IMG/VR virus record: IMGVR_UViG_3300011336_000274 | Location: 1 to 51,697 of that record | Reading direction: 5' to 3' (one strand) | DNA: 51,697 nucleotides | DNA from: a virus | Lineage: Duplodnaviria; Caudoviricetes | Made by a program: the position numbers and the translations under genes | Shown: piece by piece, positions 45,111-51,697 of the stretch | Position numbering within the stretch: position 1 is the first letter of the stretch | Layout of the letters: the number at the start of each line of letters is the position of its first letter | The notes under the pieces: model-generated | Seen by the model: only the letters and a program-made list of their open reading frames with translations | The model's database searches: none | Told to the model about the DNA's origin: nothing

Positions 45111-47174
45111 TTATCCCTTGCGGTAACGATAGCCCTCGAAACCTGCTGCGGCCAAAGGAATATCCGGTGCCCAACTTGGGTTAGCGGCTAATAACCGGGA
45201 TAGATGTTCCGCGTTGTATTGAGGCTCGTCGGGAGCTTCCGTCACAAGTTCATCATGTACACTTAAAACGATCTGGTAGCCCGCCGCCTCAATGGCGGGC
45301 ATGTTGGCGGCCATGATGTCGCGCGCCACGGCTTGGCACAGGTTCTCGAACAGCTTGCCGCCGTGGGTGTGGATGCGGGTCCACTTGCGGGTGTACTGGT
45401 CAATGCCCATGTAGCTCAGGGCGCCGTCCTCGTCGATCTTGGGCGACGGGTAGCACAGCGAGCGGCCCGAGGGCATCTCCACCACCAGCCAGCTCTTGGT
45501 GGACCGTCCCCGCAGGCCCAGCTCGTTTATGGTGTTGCCACGGTTGGCTATCGCCCGCGCGGCCACGTCCTTGAGCTTGCGCCAGTACCCGGCGATGTTG
45601 GGGTGCGCGTCGCGCCACATGCGCTTCAAGACGTCGCAGGCCACGAAGGCGTCGTCGGACAGCCCGTAGCGCGAGCGCTTCTCTTTCTTGAACCATAGCA
45701 GGAAGTCGTCGGCCTTGGCCACCAGCGCCTCGGGGGCGTCCAGCAGCACCTTGTTGGACAGGTGGTCCAAGTTGATGCCGTAGGCCCCGGCGAAGGTCGC
45801 AAACGCGCCCACGCCGCCCTCGTAGCCCAGCGCCAGCTCCTGCACCTTGCCCACCTGCCGCTGGTCGTCTGTAACGGCCTCCGGAGCGATGCCAAAGGAC
45901 TTGCTGTAGGCCAGCTTGTACAGGTCGGGCCCGGTCTTGGCGTCGAAGTCGCGGAAGGCCTGCAGCTTCCACTCCTCGTTGGCCAGCCAGCTCTGGACCC
46001 GGCCCTCGATGTTGGACAGGTCGGCCACCACCAGCTTCTTGCCCGGGGGTGACACGATGCAGCTACGGATGGCCGAGCTCACCAGCTCCATGACGTTGTC
46101 GGTGGTCAGATGGGCGCAGCCCGCGCGCAGGGCCTCGATGCCCGCGTCGATCGCCTTCTGCTTGAGCGTGGGTCTGGGCAAGTTCTGGGGCTGAAACAGC
46201 CGCCCGGCCCAGCGCCCCGTGCGGATGGCACCGCAGAACTGCAGCAGCCCGCGCAGGCGGCCATCAAGGCTGGTGCCGTTCCTGAGCACCCGGTACTTGG
46301 CCGTGCTGGTGCTGCTGGCCTGCAGCCGGATCAGCAGCAGCTCGCGCATGGCCGGGTTCAGGTCGGTGGATGCCAGCGCCTTCTCCAGCGTCGCCATCTG
46401 CAGGTCGGGCAGGTCGATGCCAAAGGCCTCGAACAGGTGCAGCCGGAAGACCTCGTTGAGCGTGGTGCTCGACACGCTGCCCTCGGTCAGCGCCCGCGTG
46501 CGGTCCGCCAGCTCGTGGCGGGCGGTGTATATCGCGTCGATGGCCGAGTCCACCAGCTTGAGGTCGATGGCCACACCACGGTCGTTGATGCGCTGGTCAA
46601 GCTGCCACAGCTCGCGCTCTGCGGGCGTGAAGTTGAGCGTGGGCATGCGCTTCTTGACCTCGCGCATGGCCTCGATGTCGCTGGCGGCGTAGGCCTTGAA
46701 GCGCTCCCACTCGGCTGGGTGCGTCTCGCGGGTGGCGCGGCGCAGCTTGCGGTTGGCGGGCAGCGGCTTGCAGAACAGGTTGATCAGCTTCTTGCCGTCC
46801 TTGTCCTTGGCCTTGTCGGCGGGTAGGCCCATCACCTCGCAGAGCATGCCAAGGCCGCCGGGCAGGCTGTGCGCCATGGCTTGGACCATGGTGTCGTGGA
46901 TGCGCTTGGTGGGGATGTCCGTGCCCCAGACGTGCCGGATTACTGTTCGGTCAAAGTGGGAGTTGTGGATAACCACCTCGACGTTCGGGTCAAGCAAGGC
47001 CTGCGCTATGCCGTCGTGGCGTGTGTTTGGCAGGGTAAGGTCCAGCACCTGCACCGGGGCATCGTCCCATGCCCATGCCGCAAGCAGAATCTCTGCGTTT
47101 GCGGCATAGACATGGGTGCCACGGGTGATGGGGGTCTCGGAGTATGTCTCCAAGTCGAGATAAAGCGTTCGCAT
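45111..47174 (-). CDS. phage DNA polymerase, family A
   Basis: Exo motifs (DLET, HNxxFD, YxxxD); motif A ADLSNIEGR, motif B RxxxKxxxLxxGY, motif C VHDE. Confidence 0.95.
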   Translation of the reverse strand: MRTLYLDLETYSETPITRGTHVYAANAEILLAAWAWDDAPVQVLDLTLPNTRHDGIAQALLDPNVEVVIHNSHFDRTVIRHVWGTDIPTKRIHDTMVQAMAHSLPGGLGMLCEVMGLPADKAKDKDGKKLINLFCKPLPANRKLRRATRETHPAEWERFKAYAASDIEAMREVKKRMPTLNFTPAERELWQLDQRINDRGVAIDLKLVDSAIDAIYTARHELADRTRALTEGSVSSTTLNEVFRLHLFEAFGIDLPDLQMATLEKALASTDLNPAMRELLLIRLQASSTSTAKYRVLRNGTSLDGRLRGLLQFCGAIRTGRWAGRLFQPQNLPRPTLKQKAIDAGIEALRAGCAHLTTDNVMELVSSAIRSCIVSPPGKKLVVADLSNIEGRVQSWLANEEWKLQAFRDFDAKTGPDLYKLAYSKSFGIAPEAVTDDQRQVGKVQELALGYEGGVGAFATFAGAYGINLDHLSNKVLLDAPEALVAKADDFLLWFKKEKRSRYGLSDDAFVACDVLKRMWRDAHPNIAGYWRKLKDVAARAIANRGNTINELGLRGRSTKSWLVVEMPSGRSLCYPSPKIDEDGALSYMGIDQYTRKWTRIHTHGGKLFENLCQAVARDIMAANMPAIEAAGYQIVLSVHDELVTEAPDEPQYNAEHLSRLLAANPSWAPDIPLAAAGFEGYRYRKG

Positions 47175-47198
47175 GTGGGTGTGTAGTGCAAGTCTAGT

Positions 47199-47405
47199 TT
47201 ACCGCCAAGCAACAGGACCGGGCATCTCGGGTTCGTGCTCCGCCAAGGCGTGCAAGGCCTCGCTTATCTGGAACATACCAAAGCCGATGATCTCGCCTTG
47301 GATCAGGCGCCCCACCAGCTCGGGGTTCTTCTTGGCGTAGCCATCACCAAAGACATCGTCAACGGCCCCTAGAACCAGTTCAAGGTGTTCTTTAATCGCG
47401 CTCAT
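47199..47405 (-). CDS. hypothetical protein (MSAIKEHL...)
   Basis: GGAG SD before ATG 47405; DxxFGxGYAKKNPELVG motif. Confidence 0.7.
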   Translation of the reverse strand: MSAIKEHLELVLGAVDDVFGDGYAKKNPELVGRLIQGEIIGFGMFQISEALHALAEHEPEMPGPVAWR

Positions 47406-47430
47406 GTGTATATCTCCAAAGTGTGTGTAG

Positions 47431-47500
47431 GTGGGGGTACTCGCTGCACTGACTGACCGCCGTTCCGCAATCCCCTGTGTCAGCATCCGCTTTCCCCCCG
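47431..47500 (-). ncRNA. candidate structured RNA with loop-E (GAA/AGUA) motif
   Basis: Minus strand GGGGG-GAA-AGCGGAUGCUGAC...GUCAGUGCAGCG-AGUA-CCCCC in an intergenic gap. Confidence 0.55.
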
Positions 47501-47504
47501 AAAA

Positions 47505-48062
47505 TCAGATCAGGTCGCCACCGTCCATGCCGTCGTCCTCGATGGCGTCAAAGCCGTCGGTCGAAGGCACGCTGGCGGAGAAATGATCGCCGTCCTTGTA
47601 GAACTGCACGACCGAGAAGCTGGCGCGCACGCCCGAGTTCTCGCCGGTCTGGCAGTAAATCTCGACCTTGGCGTTGACGTAGCAGCCGCCATACGGGCGG
47701 TCAGTGTCACCAATCAGCGGGCTCTTGTCCCTGTCGATGATGACCGGGCGGGTGAGCTTGGCCGAGCGGTGCGTGGCCAGCACCATCATGCCTTGGTACT
47801 CCTCGTTGGCCTTGGTGTTGCCGTCGGTGTAGCAGTACTTGTTGGACTGCCCTGCCATGGTCTTGAGCGTGGCCGCCGCCTTCACGCCCCACACGGCCTT
47901 GGCCTCGGCCTCGATGGCCGCGCGGATGTGCTTGTCGTTGTCGCTGTCTGGCTCGATGATGAACGCGGCGCTCCAGCGGGGCTTGCCGTCACCGGTCTTG
48001 AACTCCTTGGCGGTGAACAGGGTGGGGTACGACAGGCGCACGTTTTTGATGATGATTTCCAT
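47505..48062 (-). CDS. ssDNA-binding protein (DUF2815/gp2.5-like)
   Basis: NVRLSYPxLF...YGGCYVNA...VQFxKDG, acidic C-terminal tail. Confidence 0.88.
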   Translation of the reverse strand: MEIIIKNVRLSYPTLFTAKEFKTGDGKPRWSAAFIIEPDSDNDKHIRAAIEAEAKAVWGVKAAATLKTMAGQSNKYCYTDGNTKANEEYQGMMVLATHRSAKLTRPVIIDRDKSPLIGDTDRPYGGCYVNAKVEIYCQTGENSGVRASFSVVQFYKDGDHFSASVPSTDGFDAIEDDGMDGGDLI

Positions 48063-48077
48063 GATGGTCTTTCAGAG

Positions 48078-49229
48078 TTAAAGGTCTGTCACGTCGGAAA
48101 ACTCAGAGGCATCCACTGACGTGACCAGTGCAGGACGCTTGTCGGATACGGGCGCCACCGATGGCTGTCCGTCGCTTTGGGTGATCAGGGCCTGAATCTT
48201 GGTCCACTGGCGTGGTCCAATCTCCTCGTCCTTGACCAGCTTCTCGATGCTGGTGGGGCTGGCCAGCTTGTAGTCGTACATCTGATCGTGCTTGATGCGC
48301 ATGGACTTGAGCGTGGCCTCGGCCACCTCGGGGTTGGCCCATGCCCGGTTGCCCCTCTTGCCCTGCACCAGCTTGTAGCCGGGGACCGGGATGTTGGCCA
48401 GCAGGCGCCGCTCGACCTCCGCACGCACGGCCTTGATCCAGCCCTCGATCAGGTTGGCGTTGGCCATGACCCGCGCCAGATCGTCCTCGTCCGCCGTCTC
48501 GGGCACCACCTCCTCGAAGTCGGCCAGCACCTGCTCGCGCAGGGCCGGGCAGATCGCCTTGGCTCGGCACCACTGGCAGCCCTTCTCGCTGGGCACGTAC
48601 TTGTCAGGGGCGTGCCGCGTGTACTCTGCGGAGAAGCCCACATCGACGATGAACTTCTGCAGCTCGTCCATGCTGAAGCTGAACTCCGGCTTGGCCAACA
48701 GCCGTGGCTGGCTGATGACGACACGCACGCGCTGGAAGTCGTAGGCCACCTCCAGCTCGTCCCATGCTGCGGCTGCGTAGATCATGAGCTGGGGGTTCTC
48801 GTCGGCCTCCACCTCCTTGAACCCGAACTTCGCGTCCACGATGATCAGCTCGTCGGGCGTCACGATGACGGCGTCAGCCGTGCCGTGGGCATCCTCCTCG
48901 CCGGTCATCCAGCCGATGGGCAGGCGCTGCTCCACCATAAGCTCGCCACCGGTGGCCTTGACGATGTCGCGGACGTGGTCCACGTAGAACTGCACGTCTT
49001 GGCACTGCTTGACCTGCAGCACCAGCCCGGTATCCCCGCACGCTACGCCGACGTAGTCCACGGCGTCAACGCCGTTCTCCAAACAGCCCGCCGCGAAGTA
49101 GTGCATCATCGTGCCCTCGTCGGCGTTGCTGGACGACTTGTCCTTGATGCCCTCGGACAGGGTGACGCTGCCGGGGCAGGTCATCCAGCGCACCGCAGAG
49201 CTCGGGGAGAGCTTGGCGTGGCCGCTCAT
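48078..49229 (-). CDS. DUF2800 PD-(D/E)xK exonuclease (Cas4-like)
   Basis: HAxLSPSSAxRWxxCPGS...GTAD...IVDxKFG...NPQLMIYA...CxWCxxxxxCP. Confidence 0.88.
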   Translation of the reverse strand: MSGHAKLSPSSAVRWMTCPGSVTLSEGIKDKSSSNADEGTMMHYFAAGCLENGVDAVDYVGVACGDTGLVLQVKQCQDVQFYVDHVRDIVKATGGELMVEQRLPIGWMTGEEDAHGTADAVIVTPDELIIVDAKFGFKEVEADENPQLMIYAAAAWDELEVAYDFQRVRVVISQPRLLAKPEFSFSMDELQKFIVDVGFSAEYTRHAPDKYVPSEKGCQWCRAKAICPALREQVLADFEEVVPETADEDDLARVMANANLIEGWIKAVRAEVERRLLANIPVPGYKLVQGKRGNRAWANPEVAEATLKSMRIKHDQMYDYKLASPTSIEKLVKDEEIGPRQWTKIQALITQSDGQPSVAPVSDKRPALVTSVDASEFSDVTDL

Positions 49230-49414
49230 TCTTTAGGCTCCACGTCGGTCACCGCGTCGGCGGTTGTGTTCCGGATCGACTCGAGGTGCTCGATAAGGTG
49301 CTGCGCCAGCGCCTTGGCCGCGCTGGTGCCCTCGTCGCCGGTCACGTCCCACTTGATGTTCACCACGCTGGGGTCGTCCGGGCGGTCGGTAAGGGTAAGG
49401 CTGACGGTGCTCAT
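49226..49414 (-). CDS. hypothetical protein
   Basis: ATGA-coupled small ORF in the replication operon. Confidence 0.7.
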   Translation of the reverse strand: MSTVSLTLTDRPDDPSVVNIKWDVTGDEGTSAAKALAQHLIEHLESIRNTTADAVTDVEPKE

Positions 49415-49851
49415 GCTGTCAGCTCCTTCAGGAAGGCCGCGTAGTTCTCGGGCTTGAGCTGGGGACCCTTCTGCGCGCCGAACTTGGCCAGCGCCGCGAT
49501 GGTCTTGACCCGGTCCACCTTGAAGGTGTCGGTGATGGCCTTGGCCACTTGGGCGTAGTCAATACCAGCGGTCGTCGCTGGCGTAGAGGTTGTCTCCGGG
49601 GTTGCGGTCGTAGCGGTAGCCGCAGGCTTTGGGGGCGCCACCTCGGCCTTGGCCTCGGGGTAGTGGGTGACGTCGGGCACGAAGGGCTTGGGGGGCGCCA
49701 CCTCGGCAGGCGCCGATACGTGGGTCACTTGGATGCCCTTAGCCAAGTACTTGGCGTCGATTTCCGCAAGGGTGGGAACAGGGTGCGCCAGCGCGGCGGT
49801 GAGGGCGTTGACCGCTGCGGTCAGCTCCCCGATCTTGTCTTCGAGACTCAT
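49411..49851 (-). CDS. hypothetical protein with Pro/Ala/Thr linker (AEVAPPKP x2)
   Basis: GGAG SD; MSLExxIxxLTxAV start and LAKFGA....LKPExY end typical of the first gene of DUF2800 operons. Confidence 0.75.
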   Translation of the reverse strand: MSLEDKIGELTAAVNALTAALAHPVPTLAEIDAKYLAKGIQVTHVSAPAEVAPPKPFVPDVTHYPEAKAEVAPPKPAATATTATPETTSTPATTAGIDYAQVAKAITDTFKVDRVKTIAALAKFGAQKGPQLKPENYAAFLKELTA

Positions 49852-50005
49852 GTGTGTGTACTCCAGTTAAGCAACAACAAAATCGTTGTTGGGCCTGATC
49901 ATACACACTTTTTGCGGTCGGCTGTAACTTTATAAAAAATATGTTGTGAAATACAAAAAGATGTTGTACTATCCGCTCCGGCAGCGATCTTGCTGCCGTA
50001 AACAT
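49852..50005. promoter_or_regulatory. divergent promoter/operator region
   Basis: AT-rich gap between divergent operons; direct repeats AAAA(T/G)ATGTTGT; inverted repeats CAACAAC/GTTGTTG and CGGCAGC/GCTGCCG; TACTAT -10-like. Confidence 0.6.
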
Positions 50006-50018
50006 AGGACATACCCAT

Positions 50019-50111
50019 ATGATAGGCATGTACCACCTGTATTGCATGTTTCGCCGCAAGGGCTGGACGGTCATCCAGTCCATTAAATCAACGTGGAGAA
50101 TTTGGAAATGA
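50019..50111 (+). CDS. possible 30-aa peptide
   Basis: AGGA upstream, ATGA overlap with next gene. Confidence 0.45.
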   Translation: MIGMYHLYCMFRRKGWTVIQSIKSTWRIWK

Positions 50112-50245
50112 AAGACGACAACGACATTGATAACCCCCCGTTGTGGGAGATCACCGCAGTAGCCGTGCTTTCCCTGCTGGCAATGTTCGGCGGCTTCTGC
50201 CTCATCATGATGTGCGTGGGCTACGTGTGGGAGAAGGCAGCATGA
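50108..50245 (+). CDS. small single-pass membrane protein (45 aa)
   Basis: GGAG SD, hydrophobic helix, ATGA coupling; missed by ORF track. Confidence 0.65.
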   Translation: MKDDNDIDNPPLWEITAVAVLSLLAMFGGFCLIMMCVGYVWEKAA

Positions 50246-50457
50246 AGCACCTATACGCAATCATTGCCGCTATTGCTCTTACTGCTTGTAACAACGAGCC
50301 AGTACCGCCGCTCAAGCCGGGATGGATACGCATCGACTGGCCGGAATCTCTCGCAACCCACGTTGTGCCTATCGTGATGGATGATGGCACCAAGTGCGTG
50401 GTTGCTGGTGGCCGCCACGGCACGGCTATTTCTTGTGACTGGGGGAAAAAGAAATGA
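50242..50457 (+). CDS. small lipoprotein
   Basis: MKH + hydrophobic stretch + lipobox LTA-C; C-terminal DGTKCVV...AISCDW. Confidence 0.7.
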   Translation: MKHLYAIIAAIALTACNNEPVPPLKPGWIRIDWPESLATHVVPIVMDDGTKCVVAGGRHGTAISCDWGKKK

Positions 50458-50678
50458 GAGGGCGTACTGGATTTGATATGTTGGCCAACAACATCCATGC
50501 TTTGGCTCCCAACACAGAGCTAAACAGACGCGAAAACAAAAAGCCGAGGATGTGCTGGGCGTGCCAAAAAGACAAGTCCACATATCAAGGTCTGATGCGC
50601 ATTCAAGCCGGGCTCCACAAGTTTGTGTGCAAAGACTGCCTCGACGCTAAAGCTGCCAAACTAAAGGAGACAGCATGA
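50454..50678 (+). CDS. small zinc-finger protein
   Basis: CWAC...CKDC. Confidence 0.7.
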   Translation: MRGRTGFDMLANNIHALAPNTELNRRENKKPRMCWACQKDKSTYQGLMRIQAGLHKFVCKDCLDAKAAKLKETA

Positions 50679-51115
50679 CAGGCTTTGACAGCAAGAGAAA
50701 AATCGCGCTGGACAGGCTGGATGACGACGACATCCAAATCTACGCGCAGCCAACTTTAAAAGGAGAAAGCATGACTAAAGACGAAGCAATAACGCTTGAG
50801 GCTTTGAAATATGCTGCCAGCAAGGGCTACGGGGTTGCCCCATTTGTTGCCCCATTTACCATCAAACGTGACGAAGCCTTGGCGCAGCCAGAGCAGGAGC
50901 CTGTGGCGTACTGCTACGTCCAAAAAGGTACAAGCGTTGACATACTGACCTTTGACGATGCACCTGATGATGCGGTGGATGGCACGATATTTCCTCTCTA
51001 CACCACCCCACCAAAGCAAGAACCCCGCAACTTTTGCCCTCGCTGCGGTAAGCGCACACCTGACCTGACAACGATACATACTTGCACGCCGCCGCGTGGA
51101 TTGGAGATGACATGA
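50675..51115 (+). CDS. mosaic hypothetical protein (AQPEQEPVA...PLYT motif, C-terminal CPRCG)
   Basis: AAGGAG SD; a second SD+ATG near 50771 could be an alternative start. Confidence 0.65.
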   Translation: MTGFDSKRKIALDRLDDDDIQIYAQPTLKGESMTKDEAITLEALKYAASKGYGVAPFVAPFTIKRDEALAQPEQEPVAYCYVQKGTSVDILTFDDAPDDAVDGTIFPLYTTPPKQEPRNFCPRCGKRTPDLTTIHTCTPPRGLEMT

Positions 51116-51318
51116 GAGTAAGAAACTGGGCAGAAGAAAGACGCGCACGGGAACTGCGCAAGCTGCTTAACGAAGTTGACCCCACGCGCACTATACCGCC
51201 ACCTACGCCTTCACCGGCACTGAGTTTGTGGGAGCGCCCCGTATACAAGCCCGAGCAGATGGGGTCTGGACGCCCCGGAGCAAATAACCATCAACACATC
51301 AAGAGTAAAGGATTTTAA
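51112..51318 (+). CDS. hypothetical protein
   Basis: GGAG SD, ATGA overlap. Confidence 0.65.
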   Translation: MRVRNWAEERRARELRKLLNEVDPTRTIPPPTPSPALSLWERPVYKPEQMGSGRPGANNHQHIKSKGF

Positions 51319-51319
51319 A

Positions 51320-51580
51320 ATGTTCAACGACCTACAAAAACAGAAGCTACGTGACCTGAGCCGCGTGCTCCACGGTGACAAGAAGGACTACCCGTCCGCG
51401 CCCAACGCGCCGCTGGAGGAATACATTGCCGAACTGCGTGATGAATTTCCCGAGTATTTTTTGAAACCCAAGGACTTGTCGGAGCGGGTGTTCATGGACC
51501 AGCCGCGCTCGGGGGCCTACGCCCGCTACGTGCGCTCGCGCGCCCAGTCCCCTCGGCTCATCACGCCGGTGACGTCATGA
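51320..51580 (+). CDS. hypothetical protein
   Basis: AAGGA SD, high GC3. Confidence 0.7.
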   Translation: MFNDLQKQKLRDLSRVLHGDKKDYPSAPNAPLEEYIAELRDEFPEYFLKPKDLSERVFMDQPRSGAYARYVRSRAQSPRLITPVTS

Positions 51581-51697
51581 GCGCCACCATGTCAGGCATC
51601 GAGCAGGCCATCCGCGCGGTAGGCAGTCAGGCCGAGCTGGCCGCGCTGCTAGGCTGCAGCCAGCAGAACATCAGCTCGTGGCTGCGCCGTGGCTACG
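51577..51697 (+). CDS. Cro/YdaS-like HTH regulator (5' part, truncated by window edge)
   Basis: AIRAVGSQAELAALLGCSQQNISSWLRRG helix-turn-helix. Confidence 0.8.
   Translation, partial: MSATMSGIEQAIRAVGSQAELAALLGCSQQNISSWLRRGY

Noticed and set aside
2185-47174. Inteins in terminase, helicase or polymerase
   Set aside because: Lengths are ordinary and no C/S...HN splice motifs interrupt the conserved blocks
48078-49229. Cas4-like nuclease as evidence of a CRISPR-Cas system
   Set aside because: Typical DUF2800 replication/recombination nuclease beside SSB and polymerase; no array or other cas genes
1659-49457. Many long opposite-strand or alternate-frame ORFs (e.g. 1659..2879 -, 3924..5006 -, 43327..44409 +, 48177..49457 +)
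   Set aside because: Shadow ORFs expected from high GC3 coding on the real strand; no SD, no motifs, fully overlapping well-supported genes
1-51697. tRNA genes, integrase or att sites, host flanking genes
   Set aside because: None recognised by eye; intergenic gaps are short and lack cloverleaf T-arm signatures. A tRNAscan run would be needed to exclude tRNAs formally

Overview
The window is most of a GC-rich tailed dsDNA phage genome. It is probably podovirus-like, since no tail tube, sheath or full-length tape measure gene is visible. It resembles uncultured aquatic proteobacterial phages, though the host is only an inference. Left to right on the + strand: small early genes, terS/terL, three large multi-domain 'polyvalent' effector-like genes (metallopeptidase-like, two ADP-ribosyltransferase-like, HhH-glycosylase-like and PcfJ-like domains), portal, GroES-like co-chaperonin, scaffold, decoration and major capsid genes, tail/fibre genes, holin plus M15 endolysin, a tail nozzle gene and putative ejection proteins. 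A convergent - strand replication operon follows (SNF2 helicase, VRR-NUC, family A DNA polymerase, DUF2815 SSB, DUF2800 nuclease), then a divergent control region and further early genes. Five free-standing homing endonuclease genes are interspersed. Main signals: (1) a [YFML]-[AK]-x-G-G peptide motif repeated about 29 times in five late proteins, delimiting effector domains and coinciding with base-composition switches, together with a tape-measure-type 'GxGDGTSDDIxAMLxNGEYV' domain, suggesting a virion cargo tagging/polyprotein-processing system; (2) a balanced, recursively nested 'matryoshka' array of 8+8 half-domains in the tail nozzle protein; (3) a covarying hairpin with loop TGARAKAT found three times ahead of late operons; (4) a homing endonuclease that supplies a synonymously recoded copy of the groES 3' end; (5) a loop-E-containing structured RNA candidate in the replication operon. 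All functional calls are by-eye motif recognition; no database searches were run.
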